Assembly: GCA_963771345.1 (NCBI GenBank)
Contig: CAVYTH010000003.1
Span: forward strand, 53,495-117,494
Direction: 5' to 3'
Origin: an uncultured Actinomycetota bacterium
Lineage (GTDB): Bacteria; Actinomycetota; Actinomycetes; JACCUZ01
DNA: 64,000 nt
Notes under the pieces: generated by a model
What the model was told of the DNA's origin: nothing
Databases searched by the model: none
What the model saw: the letters and a program-made list of their open reading frames with translations, nothing else
Part shown: positions 10,821 to 22,762 of the stretch, one piece after another
How the letters are laid out: every line of letters begins with the position of its first letter
How positions within the stretch are numbered: position 1 is the first letter of the stretch
Made by a program: the position numbers and the translations under genes

Positions 10821-11117
10821 TCAGGCCCGGTGGCCGTTGGTGCTGCCGGGGGTGGTGGTCTCGCTGCTGCCGCCGCCGAGCCAGGCGGGCTTCTTCTCGC
10901 CCAGCTTCTCGCCGAGCGTGTCGGCTGCCTTGTCCTTGGCGGTCGTCAGGGCGTCGCCGGCCTGGTGCTGCAGGGTCGAGGCGGTCGACTGGACCGCGGG
11001 GTTGGCCATGAAGGACCGGGTCGCGCTGCGGATCTGCTCGTACCGCGCCCGGCCGGCCCGGGAGCCCAGGACGTAGCCGGTGGCGAATCCGGCGAGGAAC
11101 GTGATCTTGGTGCGCAT
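10821..11117 (-). CDS. Small YtxH-like membrane-associated protein
   Basis: ATG at 11117 within ORF 10821..11243. Sequence MRTKITFLAGFATGYVLGSRAGRARYEQIRS..., a paralogue of the 49971..50201 product. Confidence 0.6.
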   Translation of the reverse strand: MRTKITFLAGFATGYVLGSRAGRARYEQIRSATRSFMANPAVQSTASTLQHQAGDALTTAKDKAADTLGEKLGEKKPAWLGGGSSETTTPGSTNGHRA

Positions 11118-11228
11118 GGCTGCTCCGAGGCTTGCGTCGGTGGCGGTCGCTGACGCCCTACCCTGGCACGTGCACCCAACACCTTGCGATAACCTGTGTG
11201 CTGCCTCTCGGGCCCTCGGCCCGATCCA

Positions 11229-11301
11229 TCCCGCATAGCTCAATTGGCAGAGCGGCCGGCTGTTAACCGGCAGGTTTCTGGTTCGAGTCCAGATGCGGGA
11301 G
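11229..11301 (+). tRNA. tRNA-Asn (GTT)
   Basis: Cloverleaf read by hand: acceptor tcccgca/tgcggga, anticodon loop ctGTTaa at 11060... precisely 11260-11266, T-arm tctgg-ttcgagt-ccaga. Confidence 0.9.
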
Positions 11302-11343
11302 CTTCCCGCTCGTACGGCGGCCGGTCGCCGCCGACCGGCGCCC

Positions 11344-11420
11344 GGGGTGGTAGCTCAGCCGGTTAGAGCAGGGGACTCATAATCCCTCGGTCGCGGGTTC
11401 GAGTCCCGCCCACCCCACCA
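11344..11420 (+). tRNA. tRNA-Met (CAT), elongator-type, with encoded CCA. An Ile2 (lysidine) identity cannot be excluded.
   Basis: Acceptor ggggtgg/ccacccc, anticodon loop ctCATaa (11376-11382), T-arm gcggg-ttcgagt-cccgc, then a-CCA. Confidence 0.9.
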
Positions 11421-11440
11421 CCGTGACCTGCGGAATGCGC

Positions 11441-12192
11441 TCATCGGGCGCCATCCGCAGTCGGCGACGGTGCCAGTGTGGTGGCCAGTGGCCAAAGCGC
11501 GGCGCCGACCCGGTCCGCCGCGTCGTTCGCCAGCTCGGGCGTCACGTGGCTGTAGGTCCCCAGCGTCAGGCTGATCTGTGAGTGACCCAGGATCTGCATG
11601 GCGACCCGGGCCGGGACGCCCTGCGTCAGTAGCAGGGTCGCCGCGGTGTGCCTCGCGTCGTGCAGCCTCGCGTCATGTACACCGGTACGCGCCAGTAGCG
11701 CCTTCCATGTCGACCAGTCGGCGCCTCGGGTCGAGTGGGCCGCCCGTTGACACGGGCGAACATTAGCTTGCCGTCATCCCACGGCGGGCCAGCCACCATG
11801 CGCTCCTCGAGCTGGGCGGTCCGGCGCGCCTGAAGACCATCCATCAGCGGCCGGGGCACCACCAATGCGCGGCGGCCGGCGCGGGACTTGGGCTCGACGA
11901 ACACGAGGCCTTGCCGCGTTGCCGCTGCAGGGCTCGCCGCACGGTGAGGACCGACGTGTCCATTTTCAGATCGGACCAGCGCAACCCGAGTGCCTCGCCT
12001 TGTCGCAGGCCGAGGGCAAGCGCCACCGACCACCGCGCGGCGTTCCGCTCCGACGCGGCAGCGGTCAGGATGCTGCGCGCCTCTTCGGGCACGGATATGA
12101 GCCTGCCAGACACGCGCCCAGGGTCCTTGACCGACGGGCTCCGCGGCCAGGCTTGCGCCCATTCTCGGCCGGCGTGCCCCCCACTCAGTCGG
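11441..12192 (-). pseudogene. Tyrosine recombinase (phage-type integrase) remnant, N-terminally truncated and frame-disrupted
   Basis: Reverse strand, read in three frames: ...WPRSPSVKDPGRVSGRLISVPEEARSILTAAASERNAARWSVALALGLRQGEALGLRWSDL / GLVFVEPKSRAGRRALVVP...MFARVNGRP / DWSTWKALLARTGVHDARLHDARHTAATLLLTQGVPARVAMQILGHSQISLTLGTYSH. The stop is at 11441 and there is an in-frame TAG at about 12195. Confidence 0.85.
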
Positions 12193-12250
12193 GACTAGGC
12201 CCGCGTTCGCATCCCCCGGAGACGCGGGCCGTCCCGTTTCACACCGGACA
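12118..12250. repeat. Island repeat unit, copy A (most diverged)
   Basis: Follows the 28-nt block cacggatatgagcctgccagacacgcgc (12090-12117, identical at 13273-13300). Contains the hairpin ggcccgcgt...acgcgggcc with a C-rich loop followed by gtccc. Confidence 0.6.
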
Positions 12251-12639
12251 AGTTGACGGAGAGAATTTCAGGCCGCTCCCGCGGCCGCGTGCGTCCCGTC
12301 AGGCGCGCACAGGTTGCAACGGGGCGCGCTGTAGGGGCGGTCGACCGGGCGGAGCCCGTCTGGCTGGTAAATGCGTGCGCAGTCGCTGCGCTTGTGGAAC
12401 CGCGACCGTGCTGGTCCGAACTCGTCGTAGTTCTTGCGCGTCTCGATCCACCCCGAAGGCGGTTGGTAGGAGCATGTGGTGCTCCCGCGGGGTCTAGGCG
12501 GAACGCTGCACCACGGGCACCTGCTTCACCCTTGGTGCCTCAGAGTCCCCGTCGCAGGACTCGACGGGGGTGTCCCCTGCCGAGGAGACGTTGCTTCTTG
12601 CCGGCGGGAGCTGACAAAACCCGCCACGGTCAACGACAA

Positions 12640-12850
12640 GACCTGCGCGCTGAAGATCCTTGACGGAAGCCTGCAGCGGGACAATCGTTGCGCCCAACCT
12701 CGGGTGGGAGCGCGCCCTGCGCGGGGCTAGGCCCGCGTCCTTCCCCACCCCCCGGGAAGGGACGCGGGCCGTCCCACGTATTGACCGGCGGGTACGAGGG
12801 CCGTTCCCCCCAGGGTAACCCCCTGGTGGCTCCGGGCCCGCCGGCTGAGG
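12640..12850. repeat. Island repeat unit, copy B
   Basis: About 190 nt aligns with copy C at roughly 85-90% identity by eye. Contains hairpin 12730-12770 (about 16 bp, loop CACCCCCC) and a second hairpin, ccaggg-taacc-ccctgg, inside the ccggcggg/cccgccgg stem. Confidence 0.7.
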
Positions 12851-13272
12851 GGAAGCATGCGCCAACTTTGTGTCGGCGAGCAACCATTTTGTGGGCGCAT
12901 ATCCGTCCGGATCGAGTCCCCTCGGCGAGCGCAACCGCCAGGTCTGCGTAACCAGACCCGGAGGCCCGCGTCGCCGGTTCGGACGGTCGGCGACGCGGGC
13001 GGCTCGCGGGCCCGGCGTCACCCCACGGGGAGGCGGGGTGACGCCCGCGATGGCGGACTGCCCCCGGCGGGAGTGTCCCCACCAGAGTCCCCGCATGACA
13101 CCCGTCGCGTCAGCCGCAGGCGATGGGTGCCCCGAGGATCGGCCTCAAAACCGCACCCTTTACCGGTGTCCGCGGGCGTGGCTTGTCGTCGAGCCACAGC
13201 AGGATCAGCCCGACCGCCAGCAGGATCCGCCTGGTAGCTCCTGGCGAGGGACGGCAGCCGACTGTGGTCCTG

Positions 13273-13498
13273 CACGGATATGAGCCTGCCAGACACGCGC
13301 TCAAGGCCCTTGACCGAAGCTTTCAGCGGGACAATCGTTGCGCTCAACCTCGGGCGGGAGCGCACCTGCACGGGGCTAGGCCCGCGCCCTTCCCATCCCC
13401 CCGGGAAAGGAACGCGGGCCGTCCCCACGTCATGACCGGCGGGTAGAGGGCCGTCCCCCCAGGTACCCCCCTGGTGGCTCCGGGCCCCCGGCTAAGCC
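13273..13498. repeat. Island repeat unit, copy C
   Basis: Starts with the same 28-nt integrase-derived block as copy A, then cttgaccgaagctttcagcgggacaatcgttgcgctcaacctcggg..., hairpin 13378-13420 and the ccagg-tacccccc-ctgg hairpin. Confidence 0.7.
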
Positions 13499-13996
13499 AA
13501 GGATGCGCCGCGAACCTGAACGAGACCATCCGCCATTGGTGTACTCCCGGTGACCGTTCGGACCATAGAGCGCCACGATTTCCCGTGCATGTCACTCCGC
13601 GTAGTCGGCGGTGAGGGCTCCGTGGTCGCCTGGCTATCTGCCGGAACCGGACCGTGCCCACCGCCGCCGGACCGGGGGGGGTGGTCGACGACGGCGCGGG
13701 CAGTCTCGGGTCCGTCGTCGCGGGTCCAGGGGCGGCGGTTTCGCCGCGGGTCACGCCCTGCCGACATGTCGCCCAATGCGCCGGTTTGCGCGGGTCGCGC
13801 AAGAGGCGTTCCGCGAGCACACCTGAAGTTTGCCAATCGCGGATGCCCGCGCCGCCGCGTTCGGTCGGTCGGCGACGCGGCTCGCGCAGCCAGCCTTACA
13901 TCCACCAGACCCCAGGGCCCGATTCAAGCGAAGATGGGTAGATCTTGTTCAACAGTTTCTACACCATCTCACCAGAGAAAGGTCTACGATGCTGAC

Positions 13997-14554
13997 GTGA
14001 CCAATCAGGAACTCAGCAACAATGGGATGCGGGTGGTCGAGCCCACCGCCGCCCTCGCGCGGGCAGACCGGGTGTCCCCCGGCAACTGGGAGCTTCGGCT
14101 TCTGTCCGAGTACGGCCTGGTCCTCGAACCCGTCACGGACGAGTGGCGCCAGAACGCGCAGCCACATCAGGTCGGCTTCGTCGCCATTTCCGCGGTGGAC
14201 GAAGCGGGCCGATGCACCGTCTGCGCGATGGTCGTCCCCGCCCTCGACCAAATGGAGCGGGACAGCGTGGCCGAGCGGCTCTATACCCGGATAGCGCGCT
14301 TAAGGGAATACGGCCCCGAGCCGGACCGATGGCAGCCTCGCTCAGACGGCGGGTGGCAGTTGTACATCGGTCGCTGCAGCCGAGCTTCTCCAAGCAGCGG
14401 TGACGCGAACGCCTCATGTTCTGGGCACCCACAAGAGTTCCTCAACGCGGCGGCCTACACGGATGCTCATGGGCCCGCGCCCGCTCGAGCAGGCGGGTCG
14501 CAACGACCGGCGCGGGCGGACGGCAGCATGCCAGCCGCGGACACGATCGTCTAG
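13997..14554 (+). CDS. Hypothetical island cargo protein (C-terminal part doubtful)
   Basis: Part of ORF 13550..14554. Protein-like sequence begins only after the GC dip, with a purine-rich stretch (gagaaagg) upstream. Possible starts are GTG 13997 or ATG 14027. Sequence NWELRLLSEYGLVLEPVTDEWRQNAQPHQVGFVAISAVDEAGRCTVCAMVVPALDQMERDSVAERLYTRIARLREYG. The tail after about 14370 is not protein-like. Confidence 0.3.
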   Translation: MTNQELSNNGMRVVEPTAALARADRVSPGNWELRLLSEYGLVLEPVTDEWRQNAQPHQVGFVAISAVDEAGRCTVCAMVVPALDQMERDSVAERLYTRIARLREYGPEPDRWQPRSDGGWQLYIGRCSRASPSSGDANASCSGHPQEFLNAAAYTDAHGPAPARAGGSQRPARADGSMPAADTIV

Positions 14555-15313
14555 GACCGGCGCGAGAAGGCCGACGTCGCCGAATGACTCGGCGACGTGG
14601 GTCTCGTCCTGACGCGCTGCCCCCCAGGTCGGGGGAGGCGGGCTCTGGAAGAGTCCGGGGTGGTCGGCCCAGTCGCGCCGTGGGCGTGGTGCCCGGCCGC
14701 CCGGCTGTGAAACGCGCGACCGCCGCTGCCCCACAGGGGTAGGACAGCGGCGGGACGACGAGAGAGCGTGCGCACCGCCCCACCGAAGTCCCCAGCAACT
14801 CTGGCGAACGAGGGCGGTCCACGTCTGTGGACGTTGCGTCCGAAGAGGTAGAGACGGCCCTCCGCCATGACAGCCCCGAGGATGACGGACGGGCGCTGCT
14901 GGTGCGGCTACGCCGTCGCGTCGATCTCGGCCCAGAGGCGCATGGCCTCAGCCCGGGTCATCGAGAGATGAAAGTCGTTGCCGGCGCGACGGCCGCCTGC
15001 CCACCGACTCCGAGAAGATGCCGATCGTGGAGGCGGCGTCAGAGGGTCGTTGGTCGACGATCACCTTGATGCATTGCGCGCCCTCAACGCTGCTTCGATC
15101 GTGCAGCGACAGCTCGACGTCTTCTCCTGTAGATGCCGTCCCTCCCCCCGCCGCTGCTAACGCTGGCGGGGGCTGCTTGCCGTTGCGCAGTTTGGCGTAT
15201 CGGGGTGCCAGCGGCCTCGATCCAGAGGGGTCCCACCGGCAGCCGGCAAAGTCGTCGCAACCCTGTGACCTGCACCGATGTACGCGGGTGGATCTGCCCG
15301 GACCTCACTCGGC

Positions 15314-15357
15314 GGGACTCATAATTCCTCGGTCGCGGGTTCGAGTCCCGCCCACCC
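15314..15357 (+). repeat. Distal att-like direct repeat (copy of the tRNA-Met 3' half)
   Basis: gggactcataatTcctcggtcgcgggttcgagtcccgcccaccc matches tRNA-Met 11372-11415 with one mismatch. Confidence 0.85.
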
Positions 15358-15633
15358 ACACCTGGCCCCCGTCAACAGAGGGCCGTAACGATCCGCGTGC
15401 CTCGCGCATGCCGACGGTGCTGATGGGAACGCCGACGGCATCACTGAGCGATTTGATCACCGGACTGCCGAGGATCGCGTCCATGACGCCGGCGAGGAGG
15501 AGGTGATCGACCAGCCGGTGCAGCCTGGGGCTGCCCACTTGCGCCGAGAGGTTGCCGAGGCTGAACAGCAGGGGGACATCGACAATGACCCCACTGGTCC
15601 ACCGGACCACTCCTAGCCCCGCCCACCTGCCAG

Positions 15634-16092
15634 CTACTTCGCCAGGAACACCTGGACCACCCAGACGCGGTTGTCGCGGCGGACGGCTGCCGTCCCGAGC
15701 CTGGTGTAGTCCTGGTCGAGGATGTTGGCGCGGTGGGCAGGGCTGGCCATCAGCGCGGTGTGCACAGATCTGACGCTGGGGCCGTAGCCGACGTTCTCGC
15801 CGACCCAGCGCCAGTTGCCGATCATCTGGTCGGCCAGGTTCGGGTTGTGGAACAGGACTCCACGTCGCGCCATGCGCTGCGCCTGCTCGAGCGCCACGGC
15901 GTTGAGGTGCCCGCGGACGTCGAGTCGATCGAGGCCGCGGTCCTCGCGCGTCCCGTTGACCAGCTGGGCGACGGCGATGCTCAGCTCACTGCGCGCGGAT
16001 ACCGGCGGGGCGTTGATCTGTAGCGCGAGAAGGGCGAAGAGGAGCCAGAACGTCAGGCTCGCTCTGGCGACGGGCCGGCAGGGGTGGTGCAT
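15634..16092 (-). CDS. CAP/SCP (PR-1-like) domain secreted protein
   Basis: ORF 15634..16197. Likely start at the internal ATG 16092 (MHHPCRPVARASLTFWLLFALLALQ signal peptide). Contains LNAVALEQAQRMARRGVLFHNPNL...GENVGYG...HTALMASPAHRANILDQDYTRLGTAAV. Confidence 0.8.
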   Translation of the reverse strand: MHHPCRPVARASLTFWLLFALLALQINAPPVSARSELSIAVAQLVNGTREDRGLDRLDVRGHLNAVALEQAQRMARRGVLFHNPNLADQMIGNWRWVGENVGYGPSVRSVHTALMASPAHRANILDQDYTRLGTAAVRRDNRVWVVQVFLAK

Positions 16093-16365
16093 GTGGTCAC
16101 CGCGGGGTGCTGGGCGGTTCGGTACTCCCGTACCGTGCGCCCGATCAGCGCGAATGTCATCGATCGTTGGTCCTCGTTTGTCCCAAGGATTCCGCATCTG
16201 TTGGCCCGCCCGCGGCTGGGCATCGCTGCAGGGCTCGCCTCACCCCGCTCGGGTGATGCCCGCTCCTGCGGACCGGTCATACGTTGACGACGTTGAGGAG
16301 CTCGCGGCATCCGCGAGACACGCCTACCTGAGGAACGTCATGAGTCCTGACGCCATGCGCGCGCG

Positions 16366-18714
<2,349 letters not shown>

Positions 18715-19113
18715 GGCCGGCACCGTCTAGCGGCCGCGCACGTCCCCAGGCTGACCCCACGGCAGCGGCTCGGGCGGCTTCACTCGCTCTCGACCTCCGG
18801 CTGTCGCTGTCGTTCTCGACGGCGGTGCACAGAGGGCACGGCCGGCTCGCCCCGTCCGTCTCCGCGAGCGGACGCCACGCCGGAGACTCGACCTGGCACA
18901 GCGCGGGGAGCGGAGCGTCACCCTCGGCCGCCGCAAGGACGAGGTGCCTGACCCTCGGCTCCATCGGGCATACGAACCAGTCGGTGTCGGACACGGGCAT
19001 CACGGTACCGGGGACATCGTGAGCCTGGAGCACGTGGTTCCGGGCGTGGGACGTGCCGAGGGCCGGGCACCGATCGGTGCCCGGCCCTCGTCGTCATGCT
19101 CCTGCAGGTCGGG

Positions 19114-20920
19114 TCAGTTCACCTTGACCGTCATGAATCCCGTCCGGGCCGCTCTTCACGACCTTGATCTTCGTGCCCGTGCCCGCGACCCGCACGCTGC
19201 CCATCGGGTTCGCCGGGTCGTAGTAGGCGTTCGGGTTGGTGTCGTCGAAGACCGTCACCGCCGCCGGGACGGCACGTCCAGCGTGGTCATCGTGACCGCG
19301 CCGTCCGCCCCGGCGACCTCCCGGTGCAGGCTGATGGCATCAGTCCGCTCCAGGACCGAAGGTGGCGTCGTAGGTCTGGATCCGGTTGCGGGCGACCGTC
19401 CCGTCGGACCACTTCAGCGCCGCCGGGCGAGCGTCGACGGGAAGGATCCGGCCGGTGCCCGGGTGCGTCCTCGTGTTGTTGTTGCTCACGGCGGTGTTCC
19501 AGTAGCTGACGAGCAGGCCGTCCTGGTACGGGAAGTGCTCCACCCGGTCGGGCGTGGTGAGCCGTCCAGCCGAAGTTGTACGGCCCCTCCTGCAGCGTCT
19601 GGTCGTAGCCGAGGTACTGCCGGTTCTCGGCGATGTAGAACCGCGCCTTGCCGTTGGCGTCCGCCGGCAGCTCGACGACGAGGGCCTGCTGCGCCTTGGT
19701 GGCGTGGTAGGACGGGCCCAGCTTGTGGGTGGACGTCTCACCCGTCTTGGCCGTGTCGTAGTCGAGCCAGCCGAGCTGCAGCTTCTCCCAGGCACCCATG
19801 TGGTTCGGCGTGGTGCCGATGGTGCCCTTGCCGTGGCCGAGCCACGAGCCGGAGCTCATCAGCGTCCAGAACCCGGTGCCGTTCTCGCCACCGCTGGTGT
19901 CGTACAGGTCCGGCAGGCCGAGGTCGTGGGCGTACTCGTGGGCGAACACGCCGAGGCCGCCGTTCTCCGGCTCGGTGGTGTAGTCGCGGATCCACATGTC
20001 GGTGTTGCCGATCTGGATGCCGCCGTACTTGTTGTACGACCGGTCCGTCGGTGCCGCGACCGGCCTGGTTGACCGCCCAGCGGTGGGCCCAGATCGCCCA
20101 GGTCGGGGCGCCGGCCGACTCGTCCTCACCGGCGTGGACCGACTGGTAGTGGTCGATGTAGCCGTCGGCTTCCTTGAAGTCGCCGTCCTTGTCGTAGTCG
20201 TACCGGTCCCACTTGTCGAAGGTCGGCCAGGTACGCCTTGATCTCGTCGTCGGACTTGCCGGCCGCCTTCTGCTGCTCGTACCAGGCGTTCGCACCGTCC
20301 TGGATGAAGCGGGTCATGTCGGTCTGGCTCTCGGTCTCGCCGTAGCTGGCCTCGTTGTACGGGACCTTGACCCAGTCGGTCACGTCACCGTCCACGGTGT
20401 AGCGGCCGCTGGAGAGCTCCTCGTAGAGGTTCTTCAACGACTCGCTGCCGTCGTCGGCGAAGAACATGTCCAGGAAGTGCTGCCGGTTGAAGTCAGCGGT
20501 CCAGTAGGTGCTGTTGTCGACCGCGCGGTTCGGCTGCGGGATCTGGTTGTGCTGCGGACCGGCCGGGGCAGTCGGGAACCGCGAGTCCTTCTGGTCGCCG
20601 AACTCGACGAGCGTGGTGAAGATGTTGTCGCTGGACTGCAGGCCGTACTGCACCCACTGCCCGGGCGCCACCTTGACCGCCGTCGAGCCGCCGCGGCTCT
20701 CGACCTCCCGGTCGCCGGCGAGGACGAGCTCCACCGCCTTCTGGTTGAGCTCGCGCTGCTCGGCGGCAACGGGGTCAGTGGCGGTCGTCGAGCCTGCTGG
20801 GGGCCGTGGCCGGTCGGCCTGGTCCGTCGGCTCCGCTGCCTGGGCGGGTGACTGCACGGCGGCTGCCAGCAGCGCGACGGTGGCCGCACTGCCGATGACG
20901 CCGAGAACGCGTCGACTCAC
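19114..20920 (-). pseudogene. M6-family (immune inhibitor A-like) secreted metalloprotease, frame-disrupted as sequenced
   Basis: GTG 20920 follows GGAGGA. Signal peptide VSRRVLGVIGSAATVALLAAAVQSPAQA. Pieces lie in ORFs 20126..21040, 19738..20295, 19287..20129 and 19340..19795, plus an unlisted tail. Zinc site GLGVFAHEYAHDLGLPDLYD. At least 4 frame changes. The end is at 19114 (...FMTVKVN*) or 19094. Confidence 0.8.
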
Positions 20921-21073
20921 GAGGGATCCTCCTGGAGGTGACGATGAGTGGGGTCGGTGGGCCAGCGCCGGCGGTCGCCGGCGACGCCACAACCGGGAGA
21001 TAATCACATGATTACGGACAAAGTCATGCACTCCGGACACTGGATCTTTGCGCCCGGATGTGTGATGGGGCCG

Positions 21074-21857
21074 TCACTCCGGCCGTACGACGGTCTGGGT
21101 CTCGCCGATGGCCGGGCTGCCCTCCGCCGGCTCCTGCGCCTCCTCGGCGATCGGCTCCACCCCGGCGTCGCCGGTGACGTAGCGGTAGGCGACGCCGGCG
21201 ATGGCCGCGCCGAGCAGTGGCGCGAGCCAGAACAGCCACAGCTGCCCGACCGCCCAGCCCTCGCCGACCAGCAGCGCGGGACCGGTCGAGCGCGCCGGGT
21301 TGACCGAGGTGTTGGTGATCGGGATCGAGATCAGGTGGATGAGCGTCAGCGACAGGCCGATCGCCAGCGGCCCGAGGCCCTTGGGTGCGCGCCGGTCGGT
21401 GGCACCGAGAATGACCATCAGGAAGAAGAACGTCAGCAGCACCTCGGCGGTCAGGCAGGCGTACAGGCTGTAGCCCTCGGGGGAGTGGTCGCCGTAGCCG
21501 TTGACGGCCAGGCCGTCCACCGACCTGCTGTAGCCGGGGCGGCCGTTGGCGACCAGCAGGAGCAGCGCCGCCGCCGCGATGGCAGCGACGACCTGGGTGG
21601 CCATGTAGCGGCAGGACCGCGCGGCGCTCGACCCGTCCGCTCAGCCAGGCGCCGAGGGTCACGGCGGGGTTGAAGTGCCCGCCCGAGATGTGGCCGAACG
21701 CGTACGCCATGGTCACGACCGTCAGCCCGAAGGCGAACGAGACGCCGAGCAGGCCGACGCCGATCTCCGGGATGCCCGAAGCGATCACCGCGGTCCCGCA
21801 TCCTCCGAACACGAGCCAGAACGTCCCCAGGAACTCCGCACTGAGCCGTCGGTTCAT
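21074..21857 (-). pseudogene. aqpZ: MIP-family aquaporin (AqpZ-like), one apparent frameshift
   Basis: ATG 21857 follows GAAGGAG. The first NPA motif ([14 protein letters not shown]) is in ORF 21024..21863 and the second ([14 protein letters not shown]) is in ORF 21074..21604. The frame change is around 21600-21640. Confidence 0.85.
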
Positions 21858-21891
21858 CGCCAACTCCTTCGCCGTTGGCTTCCAACATGCG

Positions 21892-22725
21892 ATGGCGAGC
21901 GGCGCGGCTCGTCGTCCGCGCAGGATGAGACGGGTCCAGGACCGGCCGGTGGACGTCCGCCATCATGCTCGCGTGGACCTTCCCGCCGAGGTTGCCGACG
22001 TCGTCGCCGGCCTGGCCGCGACCGTGCGCCCGGTGGCCGGCGTGACGGCCTTCTACGCGGCCGGCTCGCTGGCCTCGGGCGACTTCCGCCTCGGAGTCAG
22101 CGACTTCGACCTGGTCGCCATGACCGGCGAACCGCTGACCGACGCGCAGCAGCAGGACCTCGAGTCGGTGCACCAGAGGCTGCTGGCGGACGAGCCGCGG
22201 GCCGCGAAGCTGCACTGCGTCTACGTCCCGGTGCCGGAGGTCGCCGACGTCAGCACCGAGCACCTGACCTGGGCGCACGGCGAGCTCTTCCGTCGCCCCC
22301 TCAGCGGCATCGCGCGCGCCGAGCTGCTGGAGTTCGGGATCACCGTGTACGGCCCGGCGCCCGCCGAGCTGATCCCGCCGGTGAGTGGCCCGGAGCTGGC
22401 TGCGGCCGTCCGTGGGGAGCTGTCCGGCTACTGGCGCGGCGCCGTGGCCAAGCCGCATCTCTGGCTGCAGGACGTCTACGTCGACATCGGGCTGTTCACC
22501 CTGGCTCGGGCTGAGGCGACCCTCACCGACGGGCGCCTGATCACCAAGACCGAGGCGCTGCCGAGGCTGGCCGGACTCGGGGTTGCTCCCGAGCTGGTGC
22601 GCGAGATCGAACAGCGCCGGGAGGGGCAGGAGGTGCCGCTCTCGCTTCGCGCGCGGCAGCGGCGGGCCAAGGACGTACGCCGGGTGATGGACGCCGGGAT
22701 CACCCGGCTGGCAGGGCCGAGCTGA
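21892..22725 (+). CDS. Nucleotidyltransferase-domain protein with AadA/ANT(3'')-like architecture
   Basis: In-frame ATG 21892 of ORF 21670..22725. Contains [26 protein letters not shown] (NTase G-S...D-x-D) and a C-terminal helical part ([29 protein letters not shown]), as in DUF4111-containing adenylyltransferases. Confidence 0.65.
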   Translation: MASGAARRPRRMRRVQDRPVDVRHHARVDLPAEVADVVAGLAATVRPVAGVTAFYAAGSLASGDFRLGVSDFDLVAMTGEPLTDAQQQDLESVHQRLLADEPRAAKLHCVYVPVPEVADVSTEHLTWAHGELFRRPLSGIARAELLEFGITVYGPAPAELIPPVSGPELAAAVRGELSGYWRGAVAKPHLWLQDVYVDIGLFTLARAEATLTDGRLITKTEALPRLAGLGVAPELVREIEQRREGQEVPLSLRARQRRAKDVRRVMDAGITRLAGPS

Positions 22726-22762
22726 CGCTGAGCGGCAGTCGACCGCTCGGCCGGTCGCCATG

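Larger units (their letters stand above)
11421..15357. mobile_element. Decayed integrative island inserted at the 3' end of tRNA-Met
   Basis: tRNA positions 11372-11415 recur at 15314-15357 (44 nt, 1 mismatch). An integrase remnant abuts the tRNA. The interior is mostly non-coding or decayed, with a local GC dip at about 13920-14020. Confidence 0.8.

Noticed and set aside
12730-12770. Calling the C-rich-loop hairpins (here and at about 50652-50693) 6C small RNA.
   Set aside because: Only the general feature (a GC stem with a C-rich loop) matches my memory of 6C. I cannot verify the two-hairpin consensus or the usual genomic context without a covariance-model search.
12118-13500. CRISPR array or diversity-generating retroelement (TR/VR pair) as an explanation for the island repeats.
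   Set aside because: The units are about 190 nt or longer, irregularly spaced (about 540 and 650 nt) and diverged, so there is no short repeat/spacer periodicity. The B-versus-C mismatches are not adenine-specific. No reverse transcriptase or cas gene is present.
15380-15610. Minus-strand ORF 15305..15610 (VIVDVPLLFSLGNLSAQVGSPRLHRLVDHLLLAGVMDAILGSPVIKSL...) as a gene.
   Set aside because: It is somewhat protein-like, but it has no recognisable family. It runs into the att repeat (tRNA fragment) and has weak start context. It may be a gene remnant, but there is too little support to annotate it.
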